Under the pieces are notes generated by a model that did no database searches, was not told the DNA's origin, and worked only from the letters and a program-made list of their open reading frames with translations. A stretch of 59,132 bases of DNA from Fibrobacterota bacterium. GTDB lineage: Bacteria; Fibrobacterota; Fibrobacteria; UBA11236. A program made the position numbers and the translations under genes. Of this stretch, positions 1 through 9,958 are shown piece by piece. The stretch is from positions 1 to 59,132 of the forward strand of contig JAYUVP010000234.1 of assembly GCA_043753995.1 (NCBI GenBank), written 5' to 3'. Numbering within the stretch: the stretch's first letter is position 1; the number at the start of each line of letters is the position of its first letter.

Positions 1-1149
1 ATAGTTGGCGGGAGCATAGGTGGCCACGGCCCGGATTTTTTCCGGATATTCCAAGGAAAGCACATACGAGAACATGGCGCCGAAGCTGAAACCCGTGACA
101 AAGACACGCGTGGTATCAATGCACAGATTGCTTTCGATCGAAGTGAGTACGTCGTTCCAGAATTTCGAGTCATTGGGTAGACTCCACATACCATTCGACT
201 CTCCCTGCATAGCAACATATATGGCCTGGACATTGTCTTTGGTCGCCATGGTTTTTATGGAGTAATAACCGCTCAAATCATCTCCCGCCCCTCCATTATC
301 GGCGGCTGCGACTCTTTGGGAATTGGCCCCTAAGCAGTGATGGCCGAAAATCAAGCGGTAGGGAGTATTTGGATCGTAATTGGTCGGTATATCGATGATA
401 TAGTCTCCTCTGCCTCCACTACTAGCAATATGCATGTTACCTGATTTGATAGTGCTGAGCGCCTTGCCGCAGCCTGCGCTCTTTACCGGAGCATTCTTGA
501 GTCCGCCCCAACGATCGCCGCTGGCTTCCAAGGTCACATTGGCCGTGGTGTCGTAGACGGAAAGCAAAATCGTTTTCGCGGCCAATCCCGTGGCGCTGAT
601 CTTTAGCGTATCCACCGTCGCCGCGACCTTGGCGAGCCTGGCGCTGACTGGAGCCGATGAAGTCATCGATATTCCCGCGACCTCTTCGTAAGCCATGGGC
701 AGGTATTGAAAGGTTTGTGCCTCGTCGCCAACGGAGGCGCGGACAATGGACATCTTAGTTGAGTGGAGTTTTCCCCGAAGGTCTACGCGATAGCTTCCAT
801 ACGAAGCTTCTCCGAAGGATTCACGACTCACCAAGTTACCCTTGGCATCGAAAACTTCGACCTTCACCTTGCCTGGACGAGCCAAGGACAAGTCCAAGAC
901 GCCATTGTTGAAAGAGAAAGTGTTCGGTAGGGACTTGGCCATCCCTCTCAAAGCGGTGACTGTTCCCGTGATGGAATACATGCCATCCGCACCCGTGGTA
1001 TCCTTGAGCTTTAGCTTCGCAATTTCGACAATCGCATTGGCCACCGCCGCTCCGGCAGCATTAGAAACCTTTCCCCGGACATTGACTTGCTGTGCATGGG
1101 CTCCCCAGCCCACAAGTAGGGCCAAGCCCAAAATCTTTTGCATGTGCAT
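1..1149 (-). CDS. Secreted feruloyl/PHB-depolymerase-like alpha/beta-hydrolase esterase (3' end runs off the window)
   Basis: Not in the ORF track; translated by hand from ATG 1149 with upstream GGGGAGAAGG RBS. Signal peptide MHMQKILGLALLVGWGAHA, then an Ig-like region, KSAGCGK, YIIDIPTNYDPNTPYRLIFGHHC and LCIDTTRVFVTGFSFGAMFS (GxSxG nucleophile elbow). Frame is open to position 1. Confidence 0.85.
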   Translation of the reverse strand, partial: MHMQKILGLALLVGWGAHAQQVNVRGKVSNAAGAAVANAIVEIAKLKLKDTTGADGMYSITGTVTALRGMAKSLPNTFSFNNGVLDLSLARPGKVKVEVFDAKGNLVSRESFGEASYGSYRVDLRGKLHSTKMSIVRASVGDEAQTFQYLPMAYEEVAGISMTSSAPVSARLAKVAATVDTLKISATGLAAKTILLSVYDTTANVTLEASGDRWGGLKNAPVKSAGCGKALSTIKSGNMHIASSGGRGDYIIDIPTNYDPNTPYRLIFGHHCLGANSQRVAAADNGGAGDDLSGYYSIKTMATKDNVQAIYVAMQGESNGMWSLPNDSKFWNDVLTSIESNLCIDTTRVFVTGFSFGAMFSYVLSLEYPEKIRAVATYAPANY

Positions 1150-1301
1150 ACCTTCTCCCCTTGACTTAAAGTCATCGTTTCGATGCCCACTAACTTAAGG
1201 GTTCTTGCCCTTTGCTGCGCGGTATCTTTTTCGACTTTAAGGCGTGCCGTGTACCTTTTGGTGCATAAAAAGTCGCGGGTGTCGGGTTTTTAAACGCTTA
1301 T

Positions 1302-2276
1302 TTATTTGGGAAGGACGCTACGCCTTTGTCCTTTAGTCATAGGGGCGACGGCTCGGCCCTGGGCGTCGATTAAAGTTGCGGTGGCTGGCGATGATGATGG
1401 GTGCAATTCAAAAAGTCCTCCAAAGTAGGAGACATAAACCTTAGGACTAGCAAGGGATCGCTCAGGCTTTTGCGCGACTGAGACGGCCGCACCCAAGGAG
1501 AACTTTTTGAAAAAGGTCCACACCTCTTCGCTGTTATTCACCTTGGTTCGGGTGTCCATGGGCCATTCATGCGGTCCACCCTGAATCGAATCGGCGATGA
1601 CTTCAGTGCCGTTCTTACATGGGCCATAAGCTATGCGCGTCACCAGGGAATTCGGATTGGAAGCCGGATAGGGGCGTGAGAGGGTCGGGGTGGTTGGGCA
1701 GGCATTGAGCTTGGCCCAGCTTTCCGTGCTGCTCATGAATTTGGCTGGGGTAGCGATATCCTTGGTGCCGAAAGTCAGGAACATGGGTATGGCGCGCGAG
1801 GGAGTGCAGGTAGCGGGTATGTTACCTGAGACGGGAGCAATGGCGGCGAATTTGTCGGCATAATTGCAACCGAGGGCATGGGTCATGCCGGCACCCTGGG
1901 AAAAGCCAGCGGCATAAATGCGATTGCGGTCGATTTGGTATTTAGCCACGAGGGTATCGAGCAAGGCGACGATATAGCGGAAGTCGGAAGTTCCGGCCTG
2001 ATCCCAAATCATGTCTATGGGGTCAGGATAGGCGACAATGAATTTTTCCCGGTCGGCAATCTTATCCATTTGGGTCGAACTCTGTTGCTGGGCGCCAGTC
2101 ATGCCGCGACCGCAGAGGACAAACATCAGCGGAGGATTGGCGGGGAGGCCGGTAGGAACGTGAAGGACATAGGTCCTATTCACCCCTCCGAAGGACATCG
2201 ACTTGCTTTGGGCAAACACCGTCGATGCTATTGAGGCGAGGAGAGCGGAGGCGAGGAGAAATTGGCCAGGTTTCAT
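1302..2276 (-). CDS. Secreted PHB-depolymerase/feruloyl-esterase-like (LpqC-type) alpha/beta hydrolase
   Basis: Likely start MKPGQFLLASALLASIASTVFA (signal peptide) at 2276 rather than 2645. Motifs RTYVLHVP, IDRNRIYAAGFSQGAGM, FAAIAPVSG, GTKD and GGPHEWP give a Ser-Asp-His triad. Confidence 0.85.
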   Translation of the reverse strand: MKPGQFLLASALLASIASTVFAQSKSMSFGGVNRTYVLHVPTGLPANPPLMFVLCGRGMTGAQQQSSTQMDKIADREKFIVAYPDPIDMIWDQAGTSDFRYIVALLDTLVAKYQIDRNRIYAAGFSQGAGMTHALGCNYADKFAAIAPVSGNIPATCTPSRAIPMFLTFGTKDIATPAKFMSSTESWAKLNACPTTPTLSRPYPASNPNSLVTRIAYGPCKNGTEVIADSIQGGPHEWPMDTRTKVNNSEEVWTFFKKFSLGAAVSVAQKPERSLASPKVYVSYFGGLFELHPSSSPATATLIDAQGRAVAPMTKGQRRSVLPK

Positions 2277-2397
2277 GGACGCACCGAAAAATTGGGGGAG
2301 AGAAAGATCATGCACCAATATAGGGCAGAACCGAAAATCAGGCTGCAGAAAAGGCCAATTGCATCCCTGGAGGTTTAACTTCTGGCGGGGCTGAAAA

Positions 2398-3873
2398 ATG
2401 AGAGCGAAGTCAAAAAAAGGTATTAGACCGGTCTTCATCGCAATCACGGCCACCGTCATGGCCACAACCGCAGCTATTGGGCTTTCACTCGGCCTATTCT
2501 CCTGCCTGGGTGATTCGCATGCCGAAACCTTTTCGCTATACATACAGGACGCGAACGGATTGCTGCGATACGATCGCGTCCTGCTCGTGGTTGAGCGCTC
2601 GGACCCAACCCTAAGCGATACTTTGTTTGACGGGCATGCGACCACGGTCGAGGATTTTCAAGGATTTCGGCCGAAACATTGGGCAGGCGGATCCGCCCTG
2701 ATTCGCTTGCAAGGTTTTCAAGATACCCTGCCGACCTATACCCAGGAATTTTTCTTCGAGGATGCCGCCGGTCCGATTGTTCTCACGCCTGAACAAATGC
2801 GTTTGGAGCATTTCGTTTATGCTGGGTCTCCGCATTTTTTTTCGGGCTATGCCTTCTCTCCGAAAATAGCGATTCGTTCGGACGGCATTCCCTTTGTGGC
2901 CTTTGTCGATGCTTCACAAGAAAATCAGGTAAGGGTGATGCGCTTCGATTCGCTGGCGCAGGCATGGAAGCTAGTGAAGCCAGAATACTTGACACCGGGC
3001 ACGGTGGGGCAAATTGATTTGATCAAGGATGCGGTCGGTAACCTTTATTTAGCCTATACCGACAACCAAGATTCGGGTCGTGTCACGGTTTTGAAAGGCG
3101 ACGCCCAATCGGAAACCTGGCGCATCTTGGGGACTCGCGGCATTACCTCGCCCTGGGCCAGCGAATTGTCTTTGGCAATTGGGCCTGAAGGCGAACCCAC
3201 TCTCGCCTACAAGGATGATTCCTGCGAATGGAAGGCGTCGGTCATAAAATATAATTCATCACGAAATAGATGGGAAGCGATGGGCAGTCCGGGTTTCACC
3301 GAGGGGGAAGTGCTTTTCTTGTCGCTTGCCATTTCTCGAAAAGGTGTGATTTATGTGGCGTATTACGATGAATTGAATGCCGGTAAGGCCACGGTAATGC
3401 GCTATCACAATGAATTTAAAGCATGGGAATTGGTCGGCGATGCCGGATTTACCGGCGGCAAGGCCATTGGTGTTTTACAAATCGCCAAGGATGAAACGCC
3501 CTATTTGGCTTTTTCCGATGGATCTCAATTCCATTTTTCTGCCACGGTATTAAAATTCAACCAAGGTAAAAGTTGGGAGTCGGTAGGCCCGGTTGGTTTA
3601 CCTTCGGGACAGGCCAATCATCTCGACTTCTCCTTCAATGCTTTGGGCCATGCCTGGTTGGCTTATAGCGATTATGACAAGGACGGTAAATTAACCGTCC
3701 TGCGCAAGAAAGCCGAAACGGGTTCTTGGCAGTCCTTGGGCATGCCGGGCCTTTCCTTGGGGACAGCATGGTCCCTTTCGCTGGCTATGGATGAAGCCGG
3801 GCTTCCTTGGGTAGCGTTCACCGAAGGGCCTGGGCATCGCGTTTCGGTGATGAGGCTATTGGATGGGCCTTGA
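2398..3873 (+). CDS. Exported beta-propeller repeat protein (about 7 blades), possible lipoprotein
   Basis: Hydrophobic N-terminus ending LFSC; seven ~50-aa repeats of the form LsLai..G.PyvAy.D....katV.ry....W..vG. Confidence 0.75.
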   Translation: MRAKSKKGIRPVFIAITATVMATTAAIGLSLGLFSCLGDSHAETFSLYIQDANGLLRYDRVLLVVERSDPTLSDTLFDGHATTVEDFQGFRPKHWAGGSALIRLQGFQDTLPTYTQEFFFEDAAGPIVLTPEQMRLEHFVYAGSPHFFSGYAFSPKIAIRSDGIPFVAFVDASQENQVRVMRFDSLAQAWKLVKPEYLTPGTVGQIDLIKDAVGNLYLAYTDNQDSGRVTVLKGDAQSETWRILGTRGITSPWASELSLAIGPEGEPTLAYKDDSCEWKASVIKYNSSRNRWEAMGSPGFTEGEVLFLSLAISRKGVIYVAYYDELNAGKATVMRYHNEFKAWELVGDAGFTGGKAIGVLQIAKDETPYLAFSDGSQFHFSATVLKFNQGKSWESVGPVGLPSGQANHLDFSFNALGHAWLAYSDYDKDGKLTVLRKKAETGSWQSLGMPGLSLGTAWSLSLAMDEAGLPWVAFTEGPGHRVSVMRLLDGP

Positions 3874-6800
3874 GGGTGTTCGCCGGTGAAAAATGCGATA
3901 AATCACCGGTAGCACGAACAAGGTCAAAACGGTGGATGACAGAATGCCGCCAATGACCACGGTGGCCAGAGGCCTTTGCACTTCCGCGCCCGTTCCCGTC
4001 GCCAACGCCATCGGCACAAATCCTAGCGAGGCCACCAGGGCCGTCATCAATACCGGACGCAAGCGAGTCAAAGAGCCTTCGCGAATAGCGGCCTCTAAAT
4101 CGAGGCCGCGGCTGCGCAGGGTTTCGATAAAGCTCACCATGACCATGCCATTGAGAACCGCGACGCCCGAGAGCGCGATAAAGCCGACGCCCGCGGAAAT
4201 GGACAGGGGAATACCGCGCAGCATCAAGGCGAAAATGCCACCGGTAAGCGCCAGGGGTATGCCGGTGAATACCAGCAGGGCATTGCGCAGGGATTGTAGG
4301 CTACCGTAAAGCAGCAAAAGAATGAGGGCCAGTCCGATGGGAATGACCAGGCGCAAGCGTCGCGAAGCCGAGATCAGGTTTTCGAATTGCCCTCCCCATT
4401 CCATCCAATAGCCCGGGGGCAATTGCACCTTGGCGGCCAGGGTTTTCTGGGCTTCGGCGACAAAGGAACCCAGATCGCGATCGCGCACATTGGCAGTGAC
4501 CACCACATTGCGCTTGCCGTTTTCGCGGCTGACTTGATTGGGTCCGGGAGCCGTCGTGATATTAAGCACGGAACCCAGTGGAATAAAACCTCCCTGCTCG
4601 CCCAGTGGAACGGGGATATCCCGGATGGCTTCCGGATCTGCGCGCATGGCATCGGGCAATCGGACAAGCAAATCGAAGCGGCGATCCCCTTCGAAAATTT
4701 CTCCGCTGACCTTGCCGGCCAAGGCGATTTCAATCACTTCATGCACGTCCTCGACGCTTAATCCATGGCTGGCCATGGCTTCGCGATTCAAGGCTAAAGT
4801 CATCATGGGCAATCCAGTCGTCGCCTCGGCCTTGACGTCCGAAGCACCGGGTATTTCGGCTAGGATTTTTTCTAGGACTTCGCCCGAGGCTTCAAGTTGT
4901 CGCATGTCGTCACCGAAAATCTTGACGGCGACATCGCTACGCACTCCGGCTATCAATTCGTTGAAGCGCATTTGGATGGGTTGGGTGAATTCATAATTAT
5001 TGCCGGGTAGCTGGCGAAGGCTGTCTTCTAGTTCTCGAACGAAGTCGGCCTTGGTTCTTTTGGGATTAGGCCACTCGGATCGGTCTTTGAGCATGACGAA
5101 ACCGTCGGCTACGCTTGGAGGCATGGGATCGGTGGCTACTTCGGCGGTGCCCAACTTCGAAAAAACAGTTTTGACTTCTGGGAAAGCTTGAATTCGTTTT
5201 TCCAAATCGATTTGCATGTTAACCGCTTGGGTCAGGCTGGTACCTGGAATGCGCATGGCATGTAAGGCGACATCGCCTTCGTCGAGCTGGGGTACAAATT
5301 CACTACCCATTCGGGTGGCAGCCAGACCGCTGAGGCCGAGCAAAACAACCGCGAAGGTCAGCACCGGAACCGGCATTTGCATGGCCTTGTCGAGCCAGTT
5401 GGAATAGATGTTTTTCAAACCGCGTTGCAAACCGCTTTCTTTTTCGGAAATCTTGCGTGACAAGAAAATCGCCACCGTCGCTGGCACCAAGGTCAAGGAA
5501 AAAATCAAGGCTCCAGCCAAGGCGATGATGACGGTCATGGCCATGGGACGAAACATTTTGCCTTCCACCCCGGTTAAAGTCAGTATGGGCAAATAAACGA
5601 CCATGATGATGAGTACCCCGAAAACACTGGGTCGCATGACTTCGCGTGTGGCCTCGTGCACAACTCGCAAGCGTTCGTTCAGGGGCAGCAAGCCACCGGT
5701 TTCTTTTTGCCTATGGGCCAGTTGACGAATGCAATTCTCAACAATGATTACGGCACCGTCGACGATGAGGCCGAAATCGAGGGCTCCCAGGCTCATGAGA
5801 TTGCCGGTGATGCGACCCTGCACCATGCCCGAGATGGTGAAAAGCATGGACAATGGAATGACCATGGCGGTGATTAGGGCGGCCCGCAAATTGCCGAGAA
5901 ACAAAAACAGAATCACGATGACAAGAACGGCCCCTTCGATCAAATTCATTTTCACGGTGGCAATGGCTTTGTCGACTAGGTTGGTGCGATCGTAAACCGT
6001 GACGGCCCGGATGCCCTTGGGTAGGCTGCCCTGCAAGCTTTCCATTTTCGCGGCGACGCGCTGGGAAACCTCGCGGCTGTTTTCGCCGAGGAGCATAAAA
6101 ACTGTGCCAATCACCGTTTCCTTGCCGTTTTTGGTGGCGGCCCCGGTGCGTAATTCCATGCCTTCGAAAACTTCAGCGACATCGCGCATGCGCACGGGAG
6201 ACGTGGCCGCTCCGCCAACCACGATATTGCGCACGTCTTCCATGCCGCCGATTTGTCCCGGAGATCGAATCAGGTATTGCTCGCCATTGCGTTCGATATA
6301 TCCCGCGCCGAGATTGGCATTGTTTTTCGCCAAGGCGGAAATCAAATCGCGCAAGCTGAGGCCATAGGCCAATAGCCGCTGCGGATCGGGAGCAACCTGG
6401 AATTGTTTTTCGTACCCGCCTATGCTATTGACTTCGGTGACGCCTGGAATATTTCGTAATTGCGGTTTGATCACCCAATCTTGAACCGTACGTAAATCGG
6501 TGCCGGTAATGGGTTGGCCATTTTCATGGACTGCCCCCGAATCCGCTTCGACCGACCACATGAAGATTTCACCCAGCCCCGTGGAAATGGGTCCCAAGGT
6601 CGCCTTGGCGCCGGGAGGCAATTCGTTTTGCGCCGCTTGCACGCGTTCATTGACGAGTTGCCGCGCGAAATAAAGGTCGGTACCGTCTTCAAAAACCACG
6701 GTGACAGCCGAAAGACCATAGCGCGAAAGCGAGCGAGTGCCTTCCAAATGAGGCAGTCCCCCGAGGGCATTTTCGATCGGATAGGTGATGCGTTGCTCGA

Positions 6801-6978
6801 CCTCCAGGGGAGAATAGCCAGGGGCTTCCGTCATCACCTGCACTTGCACATGGGTGATGTCGGGCACGGCATCGATGGGCAAATGCCGATAGTTATAAAC
6901 GCCAAGGCCGCCTATCGCGACGGCGATGAGAAGAATCAACCAGCGCTGGGCTATGGAAAAACGAAGCAAAATATCCAT
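3856..6978 (-). CDS. czcA: Heavy-metal efflux RND transporter, CzcA/CusA family
   Basis: 1040 aa; LPIDAVPDIT, GALDFGLIVDGAVIIVEN, RLRPVLMTALVASLGFVPMA and GAEVQRPLATVVIGG motifs. Confidence 0.95.
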   Translation of the reverse strand: MDILLRFSIAQRWLILLIAVAIGGLGVYNYRHLPIDAVPDITHVQVQVMTEAPGYSPLEVEQRITYPIENALGGLPHLEGTRSLSRYGLSAVTVVFEDGTDLYFARQLVNERVQAAQNELPPGAKATLGPISTGLGEIFMWSVEADSGAVHENGQPITGTDLRTVQDWVIKPQLRNIPGVTEVNSIGGYEKQFQVAPDPQRLLAYGLSLRDLISALAKNNANLGAGYIERNGEQYLIRSPGQIGGMEDVRNIVVGGAATSPVRMRDVAEVFEGMELRTGAATKNGKETVIGTVFMLLGENSREVSQRVAAKMESLQGSLPKGIRAVTVYDRTNLVDKAIATVKMNLIEGAVLVIVILFLFLGNLRAALITAMVIPLSMLFTISGMVQGRITGNLMSLGALDFGLIVDGAVIIVENCIRQLAHRQKETGGLLPLNERLRVVHEATREVMRPSVFGVLIIMVVYLPILTLTGVEGKMFRPMAMTVIIALAGALIFSLTLVPATVAIFLSRKISEKESGLQRGLKNIYSNWLDKAMQMPVPVLTFAVVLLGLSGLAATRMGSEFVPQLDEGDVALHAMRIPGTSLTQAVNMQIDLEKRIQAFPEVKTVFSKLGTAEVATDPMPPSVADGFVMLKDRSEWPNPKRTKADFVRELEDSLRQLPGNNYEFTQPIQMRFNELIAGVRSDVAVKIFGDDMRQLEASGEVLEKILAEIPGASDVKAEATTGLPMMTLALNREAMASHGLSVEDVHEVIEIALAGKVSGEIFEGDRRFDLLVRLPDAMRADPEAIRDIPVPLGEQGGFIPLGSVLNITTAPGPNQVSRENGKRNVVVTANVRDRDLGSFVAEAQKTLAAKVQLPPGYWMEWGGQFENLISASRRLRLVIPIGLALILLLLYGSLQSLRNALLVFTGIPLALTGGIFALMLRGIPLSISAGVGFIALSGVAVLNGMVMVSFIETLRSRGLDLEAAIREGSLTRLRPVLMTALVASLGFVPMALATGTGAEVQRPLATVVIGGILSSTVLTLFVLPVIYRIFHRRTPSRPIQ

Positions 6979-6984
6979 TGGGCC

Positions 6985-7971
6985 TCAGTGTTCGTGGGAC
7001 GCGCCAGCTTTGCCCAGCTCGGCCTTGAGAAGGAAGCTATTCTCGGCGGCATAAATGGTGCCGGGTATAAGACCCTCCAGAACTTCCACCCATTCGCCGT
7101 CTTTGCGACCCAAGGTGATTGGCTGCACTTGAAATGCATGCCCATCATGGGTGAAAACCACATCGCGATTTTCAAGGGTTTGCAAGGCTCCTGCGCGCAC
7201 GGCCATGGGCACGGATTTTTTGGCCAAGACCACCTTGCCTTTGACGAAAAATCCTGGTCGCCATTCGCCGTGTCGATTGACGATGACGGCCCGAGCCAAC
7301 ATGGTTTGTGTATTCTCCGTTCCGAAAGGCGAGATATAGGAGAGGGTGCTTTGCATTGTATCTCCCCCATCGGCAGCTTCTATGCTCACTGGCTGCCCAA
7401 TTCGCAGCCGCCCATAATCGTGGCGATAGACGTCGAAGTCAATCCACACTGTTTTCAAGTCAGCCACGACGAATAAAGCCTCCTCGCCGGTGGCCGCTTC
7501 GCCTTGGGTGGCATGCTTGGCGATAATGGTTCCCGTTAAGGGCGAAACGACTTCATAGGCTTGCAGGTTTTCATTGCTCTCGACTAAGGCCAAGACTTCT
7601 CCTTTTTTCACAGCATCTCCCAGTCGTTTGCGTATTTCACGCACGACGCCGGGAAAGCGCGGCAATACATGGGCCATATGCTCTTCATTGGCCTTGATTT
7701 TTCCATTGAGCCCAAGGGTTTCACGTATTTCTGCAAGCCCAACCGTGTCGAAAACCACACCCGCCCGCATGGCCGCTGCCGAGTCCATTTCAATAGGACC
7801 GGCAATTCCTTCCTCCTCCTCGTGGTGCGCCTCCCCATGCTCACCGGGAACATGCTCATGCGCGTGGGACTCGGTGCGCTTGGTTTCACGCAGCAGGAAA
7901 AAGGCTGCGACCGCGCCGGCGGCTAGCAAAGCGAAAACGAGACCGGCCTGTTTCCAGGGTGAGAGGATCAT
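6985..7971 (-). CDS. czcB: RND membrane fusion protein, CzcB family
   Basis: N-terminal TM helix, His-rich HAHEHVPGEHGEAHHEEE, lipoyl-like GDAVKKGEVLA motif, C-terminal LLKAELGKAGASHEH; immediately upstream of czcA. Confidence 0.9.
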   Translation of the reverse strand: MILSPWKQAGLVFALLAAGAVAAFFLLRETKRTESHAHEHVPGEHGEAHHEEEEGIAGPIEMDSAAAMRAGVVFDTVGLAEIRETLGLNGKIKANEEHMAHVLPRFPGVVREIRKRLGDAVKKGEVLALVESNENLQAYEVVSPLTGTIIAKHATQGEAATGEEALFVVADLKTVWIDFDVYRHDYGRLRIGQPVSIEAADGGDTMQSTLSYISPFGTENTQTMLARAVIVNRHGEWRPGFFVKGKVVLAKKSVPMAVRAGALQTLENRDVVFTHDGHAFQVQPITLGRKDGEWVEVLEGLIPGTIYAAENSFLLKAELGKAGASHEH

Positions 7972-9251
7972 GGCTTATTCTTTTCTTTTAAGGTTTCAAG
8001 GTTGGCCGCGAGCAGGCCTTCCAGTTCATACTTCGATTTGTGATATAATTTTCGAGATTTTAATAATTGAAGTCGAGTGGTCAAATAAGCCTTTTGGGCT
8101 TCCCATAATTCAAAATGACTGTAGCGGCCGACTTGAAAACCAGGCTGTATGCTTTCGTAGGCGCCCTTAGCGGCGGGCAAAACCGAATCTCGCAAGAGGG
8201 TGCATTCCACCTGCGCGGTCAGCATGACATCATGCGCTTCGGCCAAGGCCTCGATCAAATCAAGCTGAGATGCACTCGCCTCGCTTTCAGACATGGCGAC
8301 ACGATGCTGGCTTTCTTGAATGCGGCTTTGATTCCGTTGGAATAAAGGCAAAGGCAAGCCAATACCCGCCACCACGGCATTTTCCCCCGGACCGGAAAGA
8401 CGGCGATACCCCGCGCGCAAGGAAATTGAGGGAGAACCATTGGCTTGTTCCACGGTAACATGCGCTCGCGCTACTTCGATTTGCGTTTCGGTCACCTTCC
8501 ATTTCGGGCTGCGGCGCAAGACGAGAAGCAGGCCTTCCAATGCGGGCGGAGGAGGACCGAAATCCGTGGAACCGACGGCCATTGCAAATCGCGGAGGATG
8601 ACTACCCCATTGAGCGGCCAGGCCCTCGCGGGCCTCATCGAGCTCATGCCTAGCCCATTCCAACGCAATGCGGGCTGACCCAGCTTCGGCCTTGGCTCTC
8701 AGGGCAATCCACGAAGCCAGCTGTCCGATACGCACTTGCGTGTCCAATGAAGTCACGTTTTGCGCAATGAATGTCATCTCCTCGTCGCGCAAGGCTTGTT
8801 CTTCCTGCGCATTCAAGACGCGCAAAAAGGCTTGAGAGGTTTGGGTGATGACGGTCCACTTCGCGGCATCGATGTGATGAGCGAAGGTTGCCGACTCTGC
8901 ACGAGCAGCCCTTCCTTGCGCCCGGCCCTTGCCCCCCAAATCCAAGGATTGTTCCAGCTGTACCGTGGTTTGCCCTTGATCCATGCCACGATAGGGGCCT
9001 GATCCCAGGGCATCCTCCACGTCGACGAGCAGTTCAGGATTGGCGAAAACCTTGGCCTGGATTTGACGTGCTTCAATGGCGCTACGCTCGAATTGCTTGG
9101 CCCGTAAGTTGGGATTCCTTGCCAGGGACAAGGACAAGGCCTTTTCCAAAGTCATATCACCTTGGGGCTCGGCCAAGGCGATCGAATCTGTGGCGGCAAT
9201 GGGTGCGGCGAGTGACAGCATTAGCCCCACACCGACAAAGCAGAAAATCAT
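7968..9251 (-). CDS. czcC: TolC-family outer membrane factor, CzcC
   Basis: Likely start MIFCFVG at 9251 (GGAG upstream); ARNPNL, ANPEL and LPLPLFQRNQ OMF motifs; ATGA overlap with czcB. Confidence 0.88.
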   Translation of the reverse strand: MIFCFVGVGLMLSLAAPIAATDSIALAEPQGDMTLEKALSLSLARNPNLRAKQFERSAIEARQIQAKVFANPELLVDVEDALGSGPYRGMDQGQTTVQLEQSLDLGGKGRAQGRAARAESATFAHHIDAAKWTVITQTSQAFLRVLNAQEEQALRDEEMTFIAQNVTSLDTQVRIGQLASWIALRAKAEAGSARIALEWARHELDEAREGLAAQWGSHPPRFAMAVGSTDFGPPPPALEGLLLVLRRSPKWKVTETQIEVARAHVTVEQANGSPSISLRAGYRRLSGPGENAVVAGIGLPLPLFQRNQSRIQESQHRVAMSESEASASQLDLIEALAEAHDVMLTAQVECTLLRDSVLPAAKGAYESIQPGFQVGRYSHFELWEAQKAYLTTRLQLLKSRKLYHKSKYELEGLLAANLETLKEKNKP

Positions 9252-9397
9252 CGCTGATCTCCAGAGGTTATCGAGCCGGATACAAATCCTTATCGGGGTC
9301 GCCCGGCTCAAATGGATGGATGGGAATGTCCGGAATAGGCATGCGAAACCCATGGCGAAAAGCTAGGGGCATGCGACGGATGGAGATGAGGGGGGGG

Positions 9398-9880
9398 TTA
9401 AACGCGGAGTAAGACGGAATTCAGGCGGCGCAAATTACCGTCACCCACCGAGTCCTCAGCGGATTTCGCCGGTTGATGTGTCCGACGCTTCGAAACGGGA
9501 AGAATTCGGCTCACCACGGCCAAGGCTTTAATGCCTAAGTAAGTCCCGTGTGAGCTAGAAGATTTGATGGCTGTTGCCTCATTCTCGCAAAGGATGAAGT
9601 CATGGTCGGCAGGGCCGCTTTCCGAGGGGTTTTCTGCATCATGCCCATGTATGCCCGAATGCCGGGTTTCGGGTTCATGCACCCAGGCGATTTGCAAATG
9701 GCCCTGCACGCCTTGGGCTATGTCGAAATGGTGGCCATGATTGGAAAAAGCGAATGTGATGGCTTCGCCTAAACCGTGACCGAATAGACAAGTGATATAG
9801 GCGAGGAGGGTGAAGGCGGAAACGGCCTTTGCCATTCCGCGATGAGAACGCAAACTTCGAAAACTTAAAGCTCTCAACAT
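9398..9880 (-). CDS. His-rich small membrane/periplasmic protein upstream of czcC (CzcI-like position)
   Basis: One hydrophobic segment, HGHHF, HEPETRHSGIHGH and DHDFILC motifs, C-terminal SVLLRV; first gene of the czc run. Confidence 0.6.
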   Translation of the reverse strand: MLRALSFRSLRSHRGMAKAVSAFTLLAYITCLFGHGLGEAITFAFSNHGHHFDIAQGVQGHLQIAWVHEPETRHSGIHGHDAENPSESGPADHDFILCENEATAIKSSSSHGTYLGIKALAVVSRILPVSKRRTHQPAKSAEDSVGDGNLRRLNSVLLRV

Positions 9881-9958
9881 GGATGCCTAATGATACACAT
9901 AAATGGAATTCGAGGCGACCCAAAAAATAAGGATGGATTACCGAATGTCTCGCCGTCT

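Noticed and set aside
1162..1174. Short palindrome TGACT-TAA-AGTCA upstream of the first esterase
   Set aside because: Only 5-bp arms; could arise by chance, and no supporting copy was found.
2277..2645. N-terminal extension of the esterase ORF given in the track
   Set aside because: Overlaps the divergent gene; a clear signal peptide begins at 2276.
6514..7476. 320-aa plus-strand ORF
   Set aside because: Antisense shadow of czcA/czcB with no recognisable motifs.
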